Shown here: positions 17,485 to 26,642 of the stretch, one piece after another | Position numbering within the stretch: the stretch's first letter is position 1 | Layout: every line of letters starts with the position of its first letter | Virus record (IMG/VR): IMGVR_UViG_3300025383_000009 | Origin: a virus | Lineage: Duplodnaviria; Caudoviricetes | Length of the DNA: 64,000 nt | Strand: one strand, 5' to 3' | Program-made: the position numbers and the translations under genes | Notes under the pieces: model-generated | The model's database searches: none | Seen by the model: the letters and a program-made list of their open reading frames with translations, nothing else | What the model was told of the DNA's origin: nothing

Positions 17485-18269
17485 TAAATTTTATCCTGTG
17501 GATGCTCAACACCTTGAGACCAATCATATAGATTTAAAACATAATGACCTATAGCATGGTTATCAAGTAAACTGAATTTTTTATTTTTAACACCTCTGAT
17601 AAAGCCACGCCATACATCTTTAGTCAATTGCCATCCACTAAAACTTCTCAAATTGCCCCAATGGTTCATGTAATACATTCCACCAAAATGTTTATAAGGC
17701 CAAACAGGAACACGAGGAACCATATCTGTATTGTTTACAAATCTAAAATGTAATACACCTGTGTTTGTAATGCCTTCAATATACTCATGTGTTCCAACTC
17801 TTGGACTTCCATAAGTAAATAATGCTTGAGCACTTGGTAAATTTTCATCTCTTTGTAGTTTATAAGCTACAATAGTTGCCATCGCTGCACCTAAACTATG
17901 ACCGGTACACCAGATGGTTCTTTTCTTACCTAATTCTTTTAACATTGGTTCTAATGTTGGCCAAATATTATCTACACTATGTTTAAAACCATAATGAACT
18001 AAACCTTTGCCTGTTGAACTTGGAACAGGATTAGCTTCTAAATCTGCCGCTAAATCTCTCCAATCAGTTGGTTGTGTGCCTCGGCAAACAACGATTGCAT
18101 CTTCATCATTAGTCAATAAATAAGCTTGACTTCCATTGCAATCAAAGAACTCACTTCTAAAACCTAACTCATCAAATTTGGGTTTTGAATCGAATGGATC
18201 CGAATATGCTAAATTGCTTAATACAGCAAATAAATGAGCTTGTTTTGGAAAAGGCATTACTTTAATCAT
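17484..18269 (-). CDS. Class 3 lipase (alpha/beta hydrolase)
   Basis: VVCRGT, VHYGF, CTGHSLGAAMA, TYGSPRVG, RFVNNTDMVPRVP. Confidence 0.88.
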   Translation of the reverse strand: MIKVMPFPKQAHLFAVLSNLAYSDPFDSKPKFDELGFRSEFFDCNGSQAYLLTNDEDAIVVCRGTQPTDWRDLAADLEANPVPSSTGKGLVHYGFKHSVDNIWPTLEPMLKELGKKRTIWCTGHSLGAAMATIVAYKLQRDENLPSAQALFTYGSPRVGTHEYIEGITNTGVLHFRFVNNTDMVPRVPVWPYKHFGGMYYMNHWGNLRSFSGWQLTKDVWRGFIRGVKNKKFSLLDNHAIGHYVLNLYDWSQGVEHPQDKI

Positions 18270-18270
18270 T

Positions 18271-18549
18271 TTAATCCTTTCTAGCGTCGTTTTTGCCATC
18301 TGCTCTAGCAATACGATCCAAATCAGGACGAACTTTTAAAGCGTTAGACATTAAAGTATCAATTCTAATAATATCATGATTCATGGTTTTAACTCTATTG
18401 TCCAAAGCTATAATTATACCATTTAAGCCCTTGACTCTTGAGAGAACTCCTGCGAGGATAAACTTTACAGTTAAAAAGATGAAATAACCACCAGCACAAG
18501 CAGCGGCTATTGGAAAACCCAAATCGGCAATTAACTTAAATATATCCAT
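18271..18549 (-). CDS. Small membrane protein (paralog of 17203..17484)
   Basis: GFPIAAACAGGYFIF, NRVKTMNHDIIRID. Confidence 0.7.
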   Translation of the reverse strand: MDIFKLIADLGFPIAAACAGGYFIFLTVKFILAGVLSRVKGLNGIIIALDNRVKTMNHDIIRIDTLMSNALKVRPDLDRIARADGKNDARKD

Positions 18550-18555
18550 ATTAAC

Positions 18556-18584
18556 TTGACATTCATGAATGATTATTGTATAAT
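18556..18584 (+). promoter_or_regulatory. Consensus sigma70 promoter for the DNA polymerase operon
   Basis: TTGACA-17-TATAAT with TG immediately before -10. Confidence 0.85.
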
Positions 18585-18594
18585 CCTTGATAAG

Positions 18595-18602
18595 TATTTA
18601 TA
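18595..18602 (-). promoter_or_regulatory. Late promoter TATAAATA driving curli-like operon
   Basis: Exact T4 late consensus 46 nt before ATG at 18549. Confidence 0.7.
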
Positions 18603-18618
18603 TAACTAGGAGAGTCAA

Positions 18619-18930
18619 ATGGAAGTAATTGCATTCAAATTAATCACAGGTGAAGACGTTTTAGGCGAAGTAGAAAGTCAGTCTGAAACAGAATTCGTTG
18701 TTTTAAATCCAGTAGGTATTTCAATTGTTCGAGGACAAGATGGTAAACCAAACGTAGGTTTTTCGCCTTTTCCACTCCATGCAGAACAAAAGAAAGATGC
18801 CACAGTCATTTTAAGTAAAAGAAACGTAGTATATAACTATGTTCCAGCAGAAGACTTTATCACAAACTATAAACAAATATTTGGGGCAGGTTTAGTTGTT
18901 CCACCACAAAAGAAAATCATCACAGGATAA
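18619..18930 (+). CDS. Conserved Sm-like hypothetical upstream of DNA polymerase
   Basis: FKLITGEDVLGEV...NP pattern typical just before gp43 in T4-like phages. Confidence 0.7.
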   Translation: MEVIAFKLITGEDVLGEVESQSETEFVVLNPVGISIVRGQDGKPNVGFSPFPLHAEQKKDATVILSKRNVVYNYVPAEDFITNYKQIFGAGLVVPPQKKIITG

Positions 18931-21461
18931 TGAGTAACTTTTACACTAATGTTCAAAGTTTTGGCAATAACATTCTCTATCGAGGTGTTATGGATGGCAA
19001 AAGAGTAAAACAGAGAATTGAATATTCTCCATCTCTTTTTGTTCCATCCAAACGTATAACAAACTTCACAACACTTGAAGGTGATTACCTCGACCAAAAA
19101 GTATTTGGTACCATGAAAGACGCTAGAGATTATATCAAACAATTCGATGGTGTGTCAAATGGTCCTAAAATATATGGTAATACAAAATATGAGTATGCGT
19201 TTATTGCCGACCAACACAAAGGTATGGTTGAATGGGACCAAGATAAGATATCAATTGCAGTAATCGATATTGAAGTTGGTTCTGAAAATGGTTTCCCAGA
19301 CCCATACGAAGCAAATGAACCTATTATTGCTATTGCTGTTAAGTATCTCAATGGCGAAATGTATGTCTTTGGTCTTGGTGCATATGAAACTCAAGGTAAA
19401 GAAATCTATGTTAAATGCCGTGATGAATATACATTGTGTAAAAGATTTATGGAACTATGGACAAGAAAATGTCCAGATATCGTAACTGGATGGAATACAA
19501 AATTCTTTGATATACCATACATCATCAATCGATTTAGAAGAATACTTGGTGAAGATGAGGCAAAGAAACTTTCTCCATGGAATTATATTGGTGAAAGAAA
19601 AACTGTTGTGAACAATCGTCAGATGATTGCCTATGATATTCTTGGTGTTTCTTCTTTAGACTACATTGAACTATACAGATGGTATGCTCCTGGTGGCAAG
19701 TCACAAGAATCCTATAAACTTAATTCTATTGCATCAGTTGAACTTGGTGAAGAAAAGATATCATATGATGAATATGATTCTCTACATGATTTATACAAAA
19801 TGAACCATCAAAAGTTTATTGAATATAATATCAAAGACGTAGAACTTATTGTTTCATTGGAAGACAAATTAAAACTCATTGAACTTGGTTTAACTTTGGC
19901 ATATGATACAAAATCAAACTATGATGATATCTTTGCACAAACTAGAATGTGGGATTCATTAACATATTCTTATTTGCTTGAAAAGAACATCATTGTTCCA
20001 CCTAAAGTTGTTAAAGATAAAGATTCAGCATTTGAAGGCGCATATGTAAAAGACCCACAAGTAGGCAAGCATGATTATATCGCCAGCTTTGACCTAAATT
20101 CACTCTACCCCCACCTCATGATGCAATTCAATATCTCACCTGAAACACTTATTGATCCAGAAGATTATACAGATGAGATGAGAGAAGTGTTATCTCAAGG
20201 TGTTAATGTTGATAAGTTATTATATAAAAAGATTGATACATCAAAACTCCAAAACGCAACACTTACTCCAAATGGTCAATTCTTTAGAACTGATATGATG
20301 GGTTTCTTACCAAAGATGATGGAAGAAATGTATGAAGATAGAAAGAAATTTAAAAAATTAATGTTAAAGGCGAAACAAGATTATGAAGACGAAACAGATG
20401 ACACGAAAAAGTATGAAATTGAAAAACGAATTGCAAGATACGATAATCTTCAACTTGCTAAGAAAGTTTCTCTTAATAGTGCTTACGGTGCTCTTGGTAG
20501 TCAGTATTTTAGATTCTACGATTTACGCATGGCTTTGGGAGTAACAACATCTGGTCAATTAGCAATTCGTTGGATTGAAAACAAACTCAATGACTATATG
20601 AACAAGTTATTACAAACTGAAACAGATTATGTTATTGCTTCAGATACAGATTCAATTTATCTTAAACTTGGTCCTATCGTTGATAAATTCTGTAAAGATA
20701 AGTCGATTGAACAAACTATTCAATTCATGGATAAAATCTGTGAAGATAAGATTCAGCCATACATTGATAAGTCTTATGGCGAACTAGCAGATTATCTCAA
20801 GGCATATTCCCAAAAGATGCAAATGAAACGAGAAGCGTTGGCTAACAAAGGTATTTGGACTGCTAAGAAACGATACATTCTCAATGTGTTTAATAACGAA
20901 GGTGTTGCTTATAAAGAACCAAAGATGAAAGTCATGGGTCTTGAGATGATTAAGTCATCAACACCATCTGCCATTAGAACAAAGATGGCAGAAGCAATTA
21001 AACTTATGATGATTGGCTCTGAAAACGATATACATGAGTTTATTAAAAAGTTTAAAGAAGATTTCAAAAAGTTACCACCAGAAGAGATTTCTTTTCCTCG
21101 TGGCATCAATGGTTTAAATAAATACTCTGATGCTGTGACTTTATATAAATCAGGAACACCGATTCATGTAAAGGGAGCAATCTTATATAATAACTTTATT
21201 AAACAAAATAAACTAACAAAAAAATACAATCTCATACAAGAAGGCGAAAAGATAAAGTTTGCTTATTTGAAAATGCCTAATCACTTTAAGGATACTGTTA
21301 TATCCTATCCTAGCAGATTACCTAAAGAATTAAATTTACATGATTATATTGATTATGATATGCAATTTGAAAAAGCATTCATAGAGCCAATTAAAATCAT
21401 TCTTGATTGTATGGGTTGGACAACAGAAAAGATTAACACTTTGGAGGATTTCTTCTCATGA
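18930..21461 (+). CDS. gp43: Family B DNA polymerase
   Basis: DIEV, GWN..FFDIPY, SFDLNSLYP, K..LNSAYGALG, ASDTDS, KKRYIL; 843 aa, no intein. Confidence 0.98.
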   Translation: MSNFYTNVQSFGNNILYRGVMDGKRVKQRIEYSPSLFVPSKRITNFTTLEGDYLDQKVFGTMKDARDYIKQFDGVSNGPKIYGNTKYEYAFIADQHKGMVEWDQDKISIAVIDIEVGSENGFPDPYEANEPIIAIAVKYLNGEMYVFGLGAYETQGKEIYVKCRDEYTLCKRFMELWTRKCPDIVTGWNTKFFDIPYIINRFRRILGEDEAKKLSPWNYIGERKTVVNNRQMIAYDILGVSSLDYIELYRWYAPGGKSQESYKLNSIASVELGEEKISYDEYDSLHDLYKMNHQKFIEYNIKDVELIVSLEDKLKLIELGLTLAYDTKSNYDDIFAQTRMWDSLTYSYLLEKNIIVPPKVVKDKDSAFEGAYVKDPQVGKHDYIASFDLNSLYPHLMMQFNISPETLIDPEDYTDEMREVLSQGVNVDKLLYKKIDTSKLQNATLTPNGQFFRTDMMGFLPKMMEEMYEDRKKFKKLMLKAKQDYEDETDDTKKYEIEKRIARYDNLQLAKKVSLNSAYGALGSQYFRFYDLRMALGVTTSGQLAIRWIENKLNDYMNKLLQTETDYVIASDTDSIYLKLGPIVDKFCKDKSIEQTIQFMDKICEDKIQPYIDKSYGELADYLKAYSQKMQMKREALANKGIWTAKKRYILNVFNNEGVAYKEPKMKVMGLEMIKSSTPSAIRTKMAEAIKLMMIGSENDIHEFIKKFKEDFKKLPPEEISFPRGINGLNKYSDAVTLYKSGTPIHVKGAILYNNFIKQNKLTKKYNLIQEGEKIKFAYLKMPNHFKDTVISYPSRLPKELNLHDYIDYDMQFEKAFIEPIKIILDCMGWTTEKINTLEDFFS

Positions 21462-22444
21462 TATTTTTCACATTTTTAGCTGCATTCTTATTATCAAGTA
21501 TAGCAGCTTATTATTCAGTCATAGGTTTAGCAAAGATATTCGTTGGTGCTTTTTGGCCAATCGTATTCATGGGTTCAGTTTTAGAATTTGCTAAATTAGT
21601 AACCGCTTCATGGTTATATCGTAATTGGAAAACAGCACCAGTATTATTAAGAACATATTTAACTATTGCTGTTTTAATTCTAATGCTAATCACATCAATG
21701 GGTATTTTTGGTTTCTTAGCAAAAGCACATATTGATTCTACAATTTCAACTGGTGAAAATACTGTTGAATTAAGAACATTAAACCAACAAGAAAAGATTA
21801 CACATGATAGATTAGACTATCTTCTTGCTCGTGCTAAAGACCCATCAACAGCAAGTAATAAACTTGATAGACAAATTCAAGAAACACAAAAAGAATTATC
21901 ATCAATCAATAAACAAAGATTGCCATTATTAAGTCAAGAGAATAAACAACTTGCCGATATTGGTCCAATCAAATATGTTTCCGAATTAATTTACGGTACA
22001 GATGATATAAATGGTGTAGATAAGGCTGTCCGCTTGGTAATCATGATAATAATGGTTGTATTTGACCCCTTAGCTGTGTTATTATTGGTAGCTGCTAATA
22101 TGGGAATAGCGGCAAAGAAAGAAGAAGAAAAGCCAGAAGGTTGGAAACAAGTTTGGCAACCGGTAAGTGAAGACCCATGGCATGATGAACCTAAAGAACA
22201 AGTAAAAGAACCGGAAGTAGAGAAACAAAACGATACAATTGAAGTTGAAAAAAAGAATGTAGCAAAAATAGATACACCTGAGCCGTCTATTGTAATAGAT
22301 GGTGCTTCAGGTGAAACTATTCCGCCATTATACGAAACAAGAATGGTTCATAATGGCCACGGAAGATTTGAAGAGCAATCAGTTCCAATTCAAACATATG
22401 ATGAGAAAGTTGAATTGGCTTTTAAGGAAAAAAAGGAGAAGTAA
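21458..22444 (+). CDS. Multi-TM membrane protein with coiled coil
   Basis: LSSIAAYYSV.GL..IF, LEFAKLVTASWL, ITSMGIFGFL, FDPLAVLLL. Confidence 0.75.
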   Translation: MIFFTFLAAFLLSSIAAYYSVIGLAKIFVGAFWPIVFMGSVLEFAKLVTASWLYRNWKTAPVLLRTYLTIAVLILMLITSMGIFGFLAKAHIDSTISTGENTVELRTLNQQEKITHDRLDYLLARAKDPSTASNKLDRQIQETQKELSSINKQRLPLLSQENKQLADIGPIKYVSELIYGTDDINGVDKAVRLVIMIIMVVFDPLAVLLLVAANMGIAAKKEEEKPEGWKQVWQPVSEDPWHDEPKEQVKEPEVEKQNDTIEVEKKNVAKIDTPEPSIVIDGASGETIPPLYETRMVHNGHGRFEEQSVPIQTYDEKVELAFKEKKEK

Positions 22445-22445
22445 A

Positions 22446-22778
22446 ATGAAGAAGTTGTTGATTGGTTTATTATTAGTGTCAAGCACAGCAATGGCACATG
22501 AACACGGTGGTTTCCGTGGTGGTTATGGCGGATATCATGGTGGTTATCATGGAGGTTATCATAATGGCGGTATGGGTTGGGTTGGACCAGCATTAATTGG
22601 TGGAGTAATTGGTTATGAATTAGCACAACCAAGATATTATGCACCTCCGGTAGTTATAGCACCATCTACACCATCTGTAGCGTGTCCATATCCATACCAA
22701 GCGATATATAATACAGTAATACAATATGATGCTTACGGAAGAAGTTATACAACACAACAATTCGTAGGATGTAGATAA
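22446..22778 (+). CDS. Secreted Gly/Tyr/His-rich small protein
   Basis: Signal peptide MKKLLIGLLLVSSTAMA, GGYHGGYH repeats, PALIGGVIGYEL; homolog at 63380..63673. Confidence 0.7.
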   Translation: MKKLLIGLLLVSSTAMAHEHGGFRGGYGGYHGGYHGGYHNGGMGWVGPALIGGVIGYELAQPRYYAPPVVIAPSTPSVACPYPYQAIYNTVIQYDAYGRSYTTQQFVGCR

Positions 22779-22801
22779 TAATTAAATTTGAAAGGTAGAT
22801 T

Positions 22802-23884
22802 ATGAGTATTCTTGACAAGATTAAGAAAAATAGTAGTATCAAAGAAGCCGCCATTTTATCAAAGTCTAAATTTTTTACAGACAAAGATATGATACCAACT
22901 TCGGTGCCGATTATCAATGTGGCACTATCTGGTAAATTAGATGGCGGTTTAACACCAGGTCTTACAATGTGGGCAGGCCCATCAAAACACTTTAAGACCG
23001 CATTTTCACTTTTGATGGCTAAATCTTACTTGGACAAATATCCTGATGCTGCCTTATTATTCTATGATTCAGAGTTCGGTTCCCCACAATCTTATTTCGA
23101 GTCCTTCGGCATTGATCCAAATCGTGTGCTTCATACTCCTCTTACAGATATTGAGGAATTAAAATTTGACATTATGCAACAATTATCTAATCTTGAAAGA
23201 GATGATAGATTAATTATTGTTATTGATTCTATTGGTAATCTTGCTTCAAAGAAAGAAGTTGAAGATGCACTAGAACAAAAATCTGTTGCTGATATGTCAA
23301 GAGCAAAACAAGTTAAATCATTATTCAGAATGGTTACACCACATTTAAATCTTAAAAATATTCCAATGATTGTTGTCAATCACACATATAAAGAAATTGG
23401 TATGTTCCCTAAAGATATCGTTGGTGGTGGAACAGGTTCATATTATTCTGCTGATAATATCTTTATTCTAGGTCGTCAGCAAGAAAAAGAAGGCACGGAA
23501 GTGATTGGTTATAACTTTATTATTAATGTGGAGAAATCAAGATATGTTAAAGAAAAAAGTAAGATACCTGTTACCGTTTCGTTTGAAGGTGGCGTTAGCC
23601 GTTGGTCAGGTTTACTTGACCTTGCGCTTGAAGGCAACTTCGTTGTTAAACCTTCAAATGGTTGGTATTCGCAGGTTGATACGGAAACCGGTGTTGTGGA
23701 AGAGAAGAAATACCGTATAAAAGAAACTGACACTAAAGAATTTTGGATGCCAATTTTAACAAATAAGAAGTTCCGTGAATTTGTTGAAAACAAATATAGA
23801 GTGGCATCAGCAGAAATTATGCAAGGTGGTCATGAAAATCTTTTTGCTGAAATTAAAACAACTAACGGAGCAGATGATGATTGA
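22802..23884 (+). CDS. uvsX: RecA-like recombinase UvsX
   Basis: AGPSKHFKT Walker A variant, FYDSEFG, IDSIGNLAS, GGG.G..YSA. Confidence 0.95.
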   Translation: MSILDKIKKNSSIKEAAILSKSKFFTDKDMIPTSVPIINVALSGKLDGGLTPGLTMWAGPSKHFKTAFSLLMAKSYLDKYPDAALLFYDSEFGSPQSYFESFGIDPNRVLHTPLTDIEELKFDIMQQLSNLERDDRLIIVIDSIGNLASKKEVEDALEQKSVADMSRAKQVKSLFRMVTPHLNLKNIPMIVVNHTYKEIGMFPKDIVGGGTGSYYSADNIFILGRQQEKEGTEVIGYNFIINVEKSRYVKEKSKIPVTVSFEGGVSRWSGLLDLALEGNFVVKPSNGWYSQVDTETGVVEEKKYRIKETDTKEFWMPILTNKKFREFVENKYRVASAEIMQGGHENLFAEIKTTNGADDD

Positions 23885-24200
23885 AGGCGTTGATTACTGC
23901 TTCATCTACCCAAAAGAAGATGAAAAGTCGGTACATATAAAGTTTCTAGACGGTCCTTATAAAGATACCTTATTCAAATATGGTAAGGTTAAATTTGAGG
24001 AAAAGAATGAGCAAATGTATTTACTTTTTGGCTACGATGTGTTAGAATCCAAGGTAGATAAACCTAGGAAGTTAGAAAAAGATGAAACATTTAAAAACTA
24101 TATTGGTGATTTGCTTGTTGAAATCATGTCATCAAACATTGAGCAGGATATAACTGATGAAACTGGAACAAACGATATTAAAGAATCTGATTTACAATGA
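23874..24200 (+). CDS. Hypothetical, possible gp40-like head vertex chaperone
   Basis: Position between uvsX and gp41 as in T4; weak sequence support. Confidence 0.45.
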   Translation: MMIEGVDYCFIYPKEDEKSVHIKFLDGPYKDTLFKYGKVKFEEKNEQMYLLFGYDVLESKVDKPRKLEKDETFKNYIGDLLVEIMSSNIEQDITDETGTNDIKESDLQ

Positions 24201-25524
24201 AGACTACTTACGAAAAGTATTACCATTTCTAAAGGCGGAATATTTTGCTGACAAATCAGAAAAGATTCTTTTTGAAGAAACGGAAAAATTTACTACCTCG
24301 TATAATGCCGCACCGACTATCGAGGCGCTTTCAATCGCTGTTAAGGAGAAATCAGCACTCACAGCTGAAGAAGTTGAGAAATCTGAAAATCTTCTCAGCG
24401 AGATTCGCAAAGATAGCCAAGATAAAACGGAGATACAATGGCTAATTGATAAGACTGAAAAGTTTTGTCAAGAGAAAGCCGTCTATAATGCCGTTCTAAA
24501 TTCAATTACTATTCTTGACGGCAAAGATAAAACTCACGATAAAGGCGCAATACCTCAAATTCTTGCTGATGCACTATCAGTATCTTTCGACAGAAATGTT
24601 GGTCATGATTATTTGGAGAACTCCGATGAACGATTTGAATTCTATCATAGAAAAGAAGAAAGAATTCCATTTGATTTGGAATACTTTAACAAAATTACGA
24701 ATGGCGGTCTACCGTCAAAGACACTCAATATTGCTTTGGCTGGAACAGGAGTCGGTAAGAGCTTGTTTATGTGCCATGTTGCTGCTTCTTGCATGGTTCA
24801 AGGTAAGAATGTTCTTTATATCACTTTAGAAATGGCGGAAGAAAAGATTGCTGAACGAATTGATGCTAATCTTCTCAACGTAACACTAGATGATTTGAAA
24901 GAATTACCTAAAGACATCTATGATAAGAAAGTATCCAAAGTCAGAGATATGACTACAGGCAAACTTATCATTAAAGAATATCCGACCGCTTCAGCATCTG
25001 CTATTCATTTCAGGACATTATTAAATGAACTCAATCTTAAAAGGAATTTTATTCCTGATATTATCTTTATTGATTATCTTAATATTTGTTGTTCCGCTAG
25101 AATCAAACCTGGCGCCTCAATCAACTCTTACACATATGTTAAAGCCATTGCTGAAGAATTACGTGGTCTTGCCGTAGAAACTAATGTGCCGATTGTTTCA
25201 GCAACTCAAACGACAAGAAGTGGTTATACAAGTTCCGATCCAGGCCTTGAAGATACTTCCGAATCATTTGGTTTACCAGCAACTGCCGATTTGATGTTTG
25301 CTTTGATTGCTTCAGAAGAACTTGATGAACTTGGCCAAATTATGGTTAAACAATTAAAAAATCGATATGCTGATCCAACACATTATAAGAGATTTACAGT
25401 TGGTATTGACCGTGCTAAAATGAAACTCTATGATATTGAACAATCTGCTCAAACAGGTCTTGCTGATGCTGGTCATGGTCATCAAAAACCACAAACGAAG
25501 AAATTTGAAGGCTTTAAAGTATGA
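24157..25524 (+). CDS. gp41: Replicative DnaB-like helicase
   Basis: AGTGVGKS, YITLEMAEE, IFIDYL, SATQTTR, ESFGLPATAD, KQLKNRY. Confidence 0.97.
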   Translation: MKLEQTILKNLIYNEDYLRKVLPFLKAEYFADKSEKILFEETEKFTTSYNAAPTIEALSIAVKEKSALTAEEVEKSENLLSEIRKDSQDKTEIQWLIDKTEKFCQEKAVYNAVLNSITILDGKDKTHDKGAIPQILADALSVSFDRNVGHDYLENSDERFEFYHRKEERIPFDLEYFNKITNGGLPSKTLNIALAGTGVGKSLFMCHVAASCMVQGKNVLYITLEMAEEKIAERIDANLLNVTLDDLKELPKDIYDKKVSKVRDMTTGKLIIKEYPTASASAIHFRTLLNELNLKRNFIPDIIFIDYLNICCSARIKPGASINSYTYVKAIAEELRGLAVETNVPIVSATQTTRSGYTSSDPGLEDTSESFGLPATADLMFALIASEELDELGQIMVKQLKNRYADPTHYKRFTVGIDRAKMKLYDIEQSAQTGLADAGHGHQKPQTKKFEGFKV

Positions 25525-26633
25525 TAAGTTTACATAGAGAAGATGCTTTACATTGTTCTAAAGTGTTCCAAGATTACTTCGATAATTTTGAGAATATAGA
25601 ACAATACATGAGAGATGAAAAACTAAAGCATGTAGAAAGTATTCCATCATCTTTATTTCCGCCAGAAGATGATTTGTTTTCAGACTTTTCTATGCATCCA
25701 AATGATATGGATATCGAAGTTTGTGAATTACCAAATGAAACATGGGAAACACTTTTGGCAATAACATCATCTCATGTTAATAAAGCACCAGTTGGCAGAA
25801 ATATACAATTGGCAGTTAGAGAGAAAAACACAGGAAAGATACTAGGATTCATTCGTTTAGGTTCTCCAGTCATTTATATGAGACCAAGAAATGAAATGCT
25901 AGGACAAGTGTTCTCGCAAACAACGGAGGGTGCTAAACTCTTTAATGACAGCAGTATTATGGGTTTTGTGATTGTTCCATCTCAACCATTTGGTTTCAAT
26001 TATCTAGGTGGTAAATTACTAGCTGCCATTTGCACATCACATACCGTTAGAGAGATATGTAATAAAAAATATGGTATGAATCTGTGTCTATTTGAAACTA
26101 CCAGTCTTTATGGTAGTAGTAAAGCGGTATCTCAATATGACGGTATGAAACCATTCATTCGATTTAAAGGTTTAACTGATTCGGATGTTGTACCAATGAT
26201 GCACGGTGAAAGATATAATGACTTAAAGACTTTTGTTGAAAGCAAAGTTGGTGACATATTAGAAGGTGAAGAATCATCTACTAGTAGAAAGTTAAGAACA
26301 TTTACCAAGATTATTGCTATGACTAAAGCTGCATTAAAAGGAACACCAGAAGGTGATACATTCTTGAAGACGATTGAGAATGCTAAAAGTCTAACAGAAA
26401 AGAAAAGATATTTTGTTTCAGACTATGGTTTTAAGAATATGGTTGATTTTGTCAATGGCAAAGCAGATACATTAATACCTGGTGAAAACTACGAAAAGCA
26501 TGAATTAAACAATATTATTGCTTGGTGGAAGAATAAGGCATCTAATCGTTATGATACATTGAAAGCGGAAGGTCGATTAAGAACAGAACTCGAAGTTTGG
26601 ACATCTGGTAAAGACATACAAATTATTAGATAA
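25521..26633 (+). CDS. DUF4338-like (possible GNAT/Mom-related) protein
   Basis: ILGFIRLGSP, FGFNYLGGKLLA..C.SH, FETTSLYG..K.VSQY. Confidence 0.5.
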   Translation: MISLHREDALHCSKVFQDYFDNFENIEQYMRDEKLKHVESIPSSLFPPEDDLFSDFSMHPNDMDIEVCELPNETWETLLAITSSHVNKAPVGRNIQLAVREKNTGKILGFIRLGSPVIYMRPRNEMLGQVFSQTTEGAKLFNDSSIMGFVIVPSQPFGFNYLGGKLLAAICTSHTVREICNKKYGMNLCLFETTSLYGSSKAVSQYDGMKPFIRFKGLTDSDVVPMMHGERYNDLKTFVESKVGDILEGEESSTSRKLRTFTKIIAMTKAALKGTPEGDTFLKTIENAKSLTEKKRYFVSDYGFKNMVDFVNGKADTLIPGENYEKHELNNIIAWWKNKASNRYDTLKAEGRLRTELEVWTSGKDIQIIR

Positions 26634-26636
26634 ATA
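26629..26636 (+). promoter_or_regulatory. Late promoter variant GATAAATA
   Basis: Just upstream of ATG at 26643. Confidence 0.45.
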
Positions 26637-26642
26637 AGGCTT

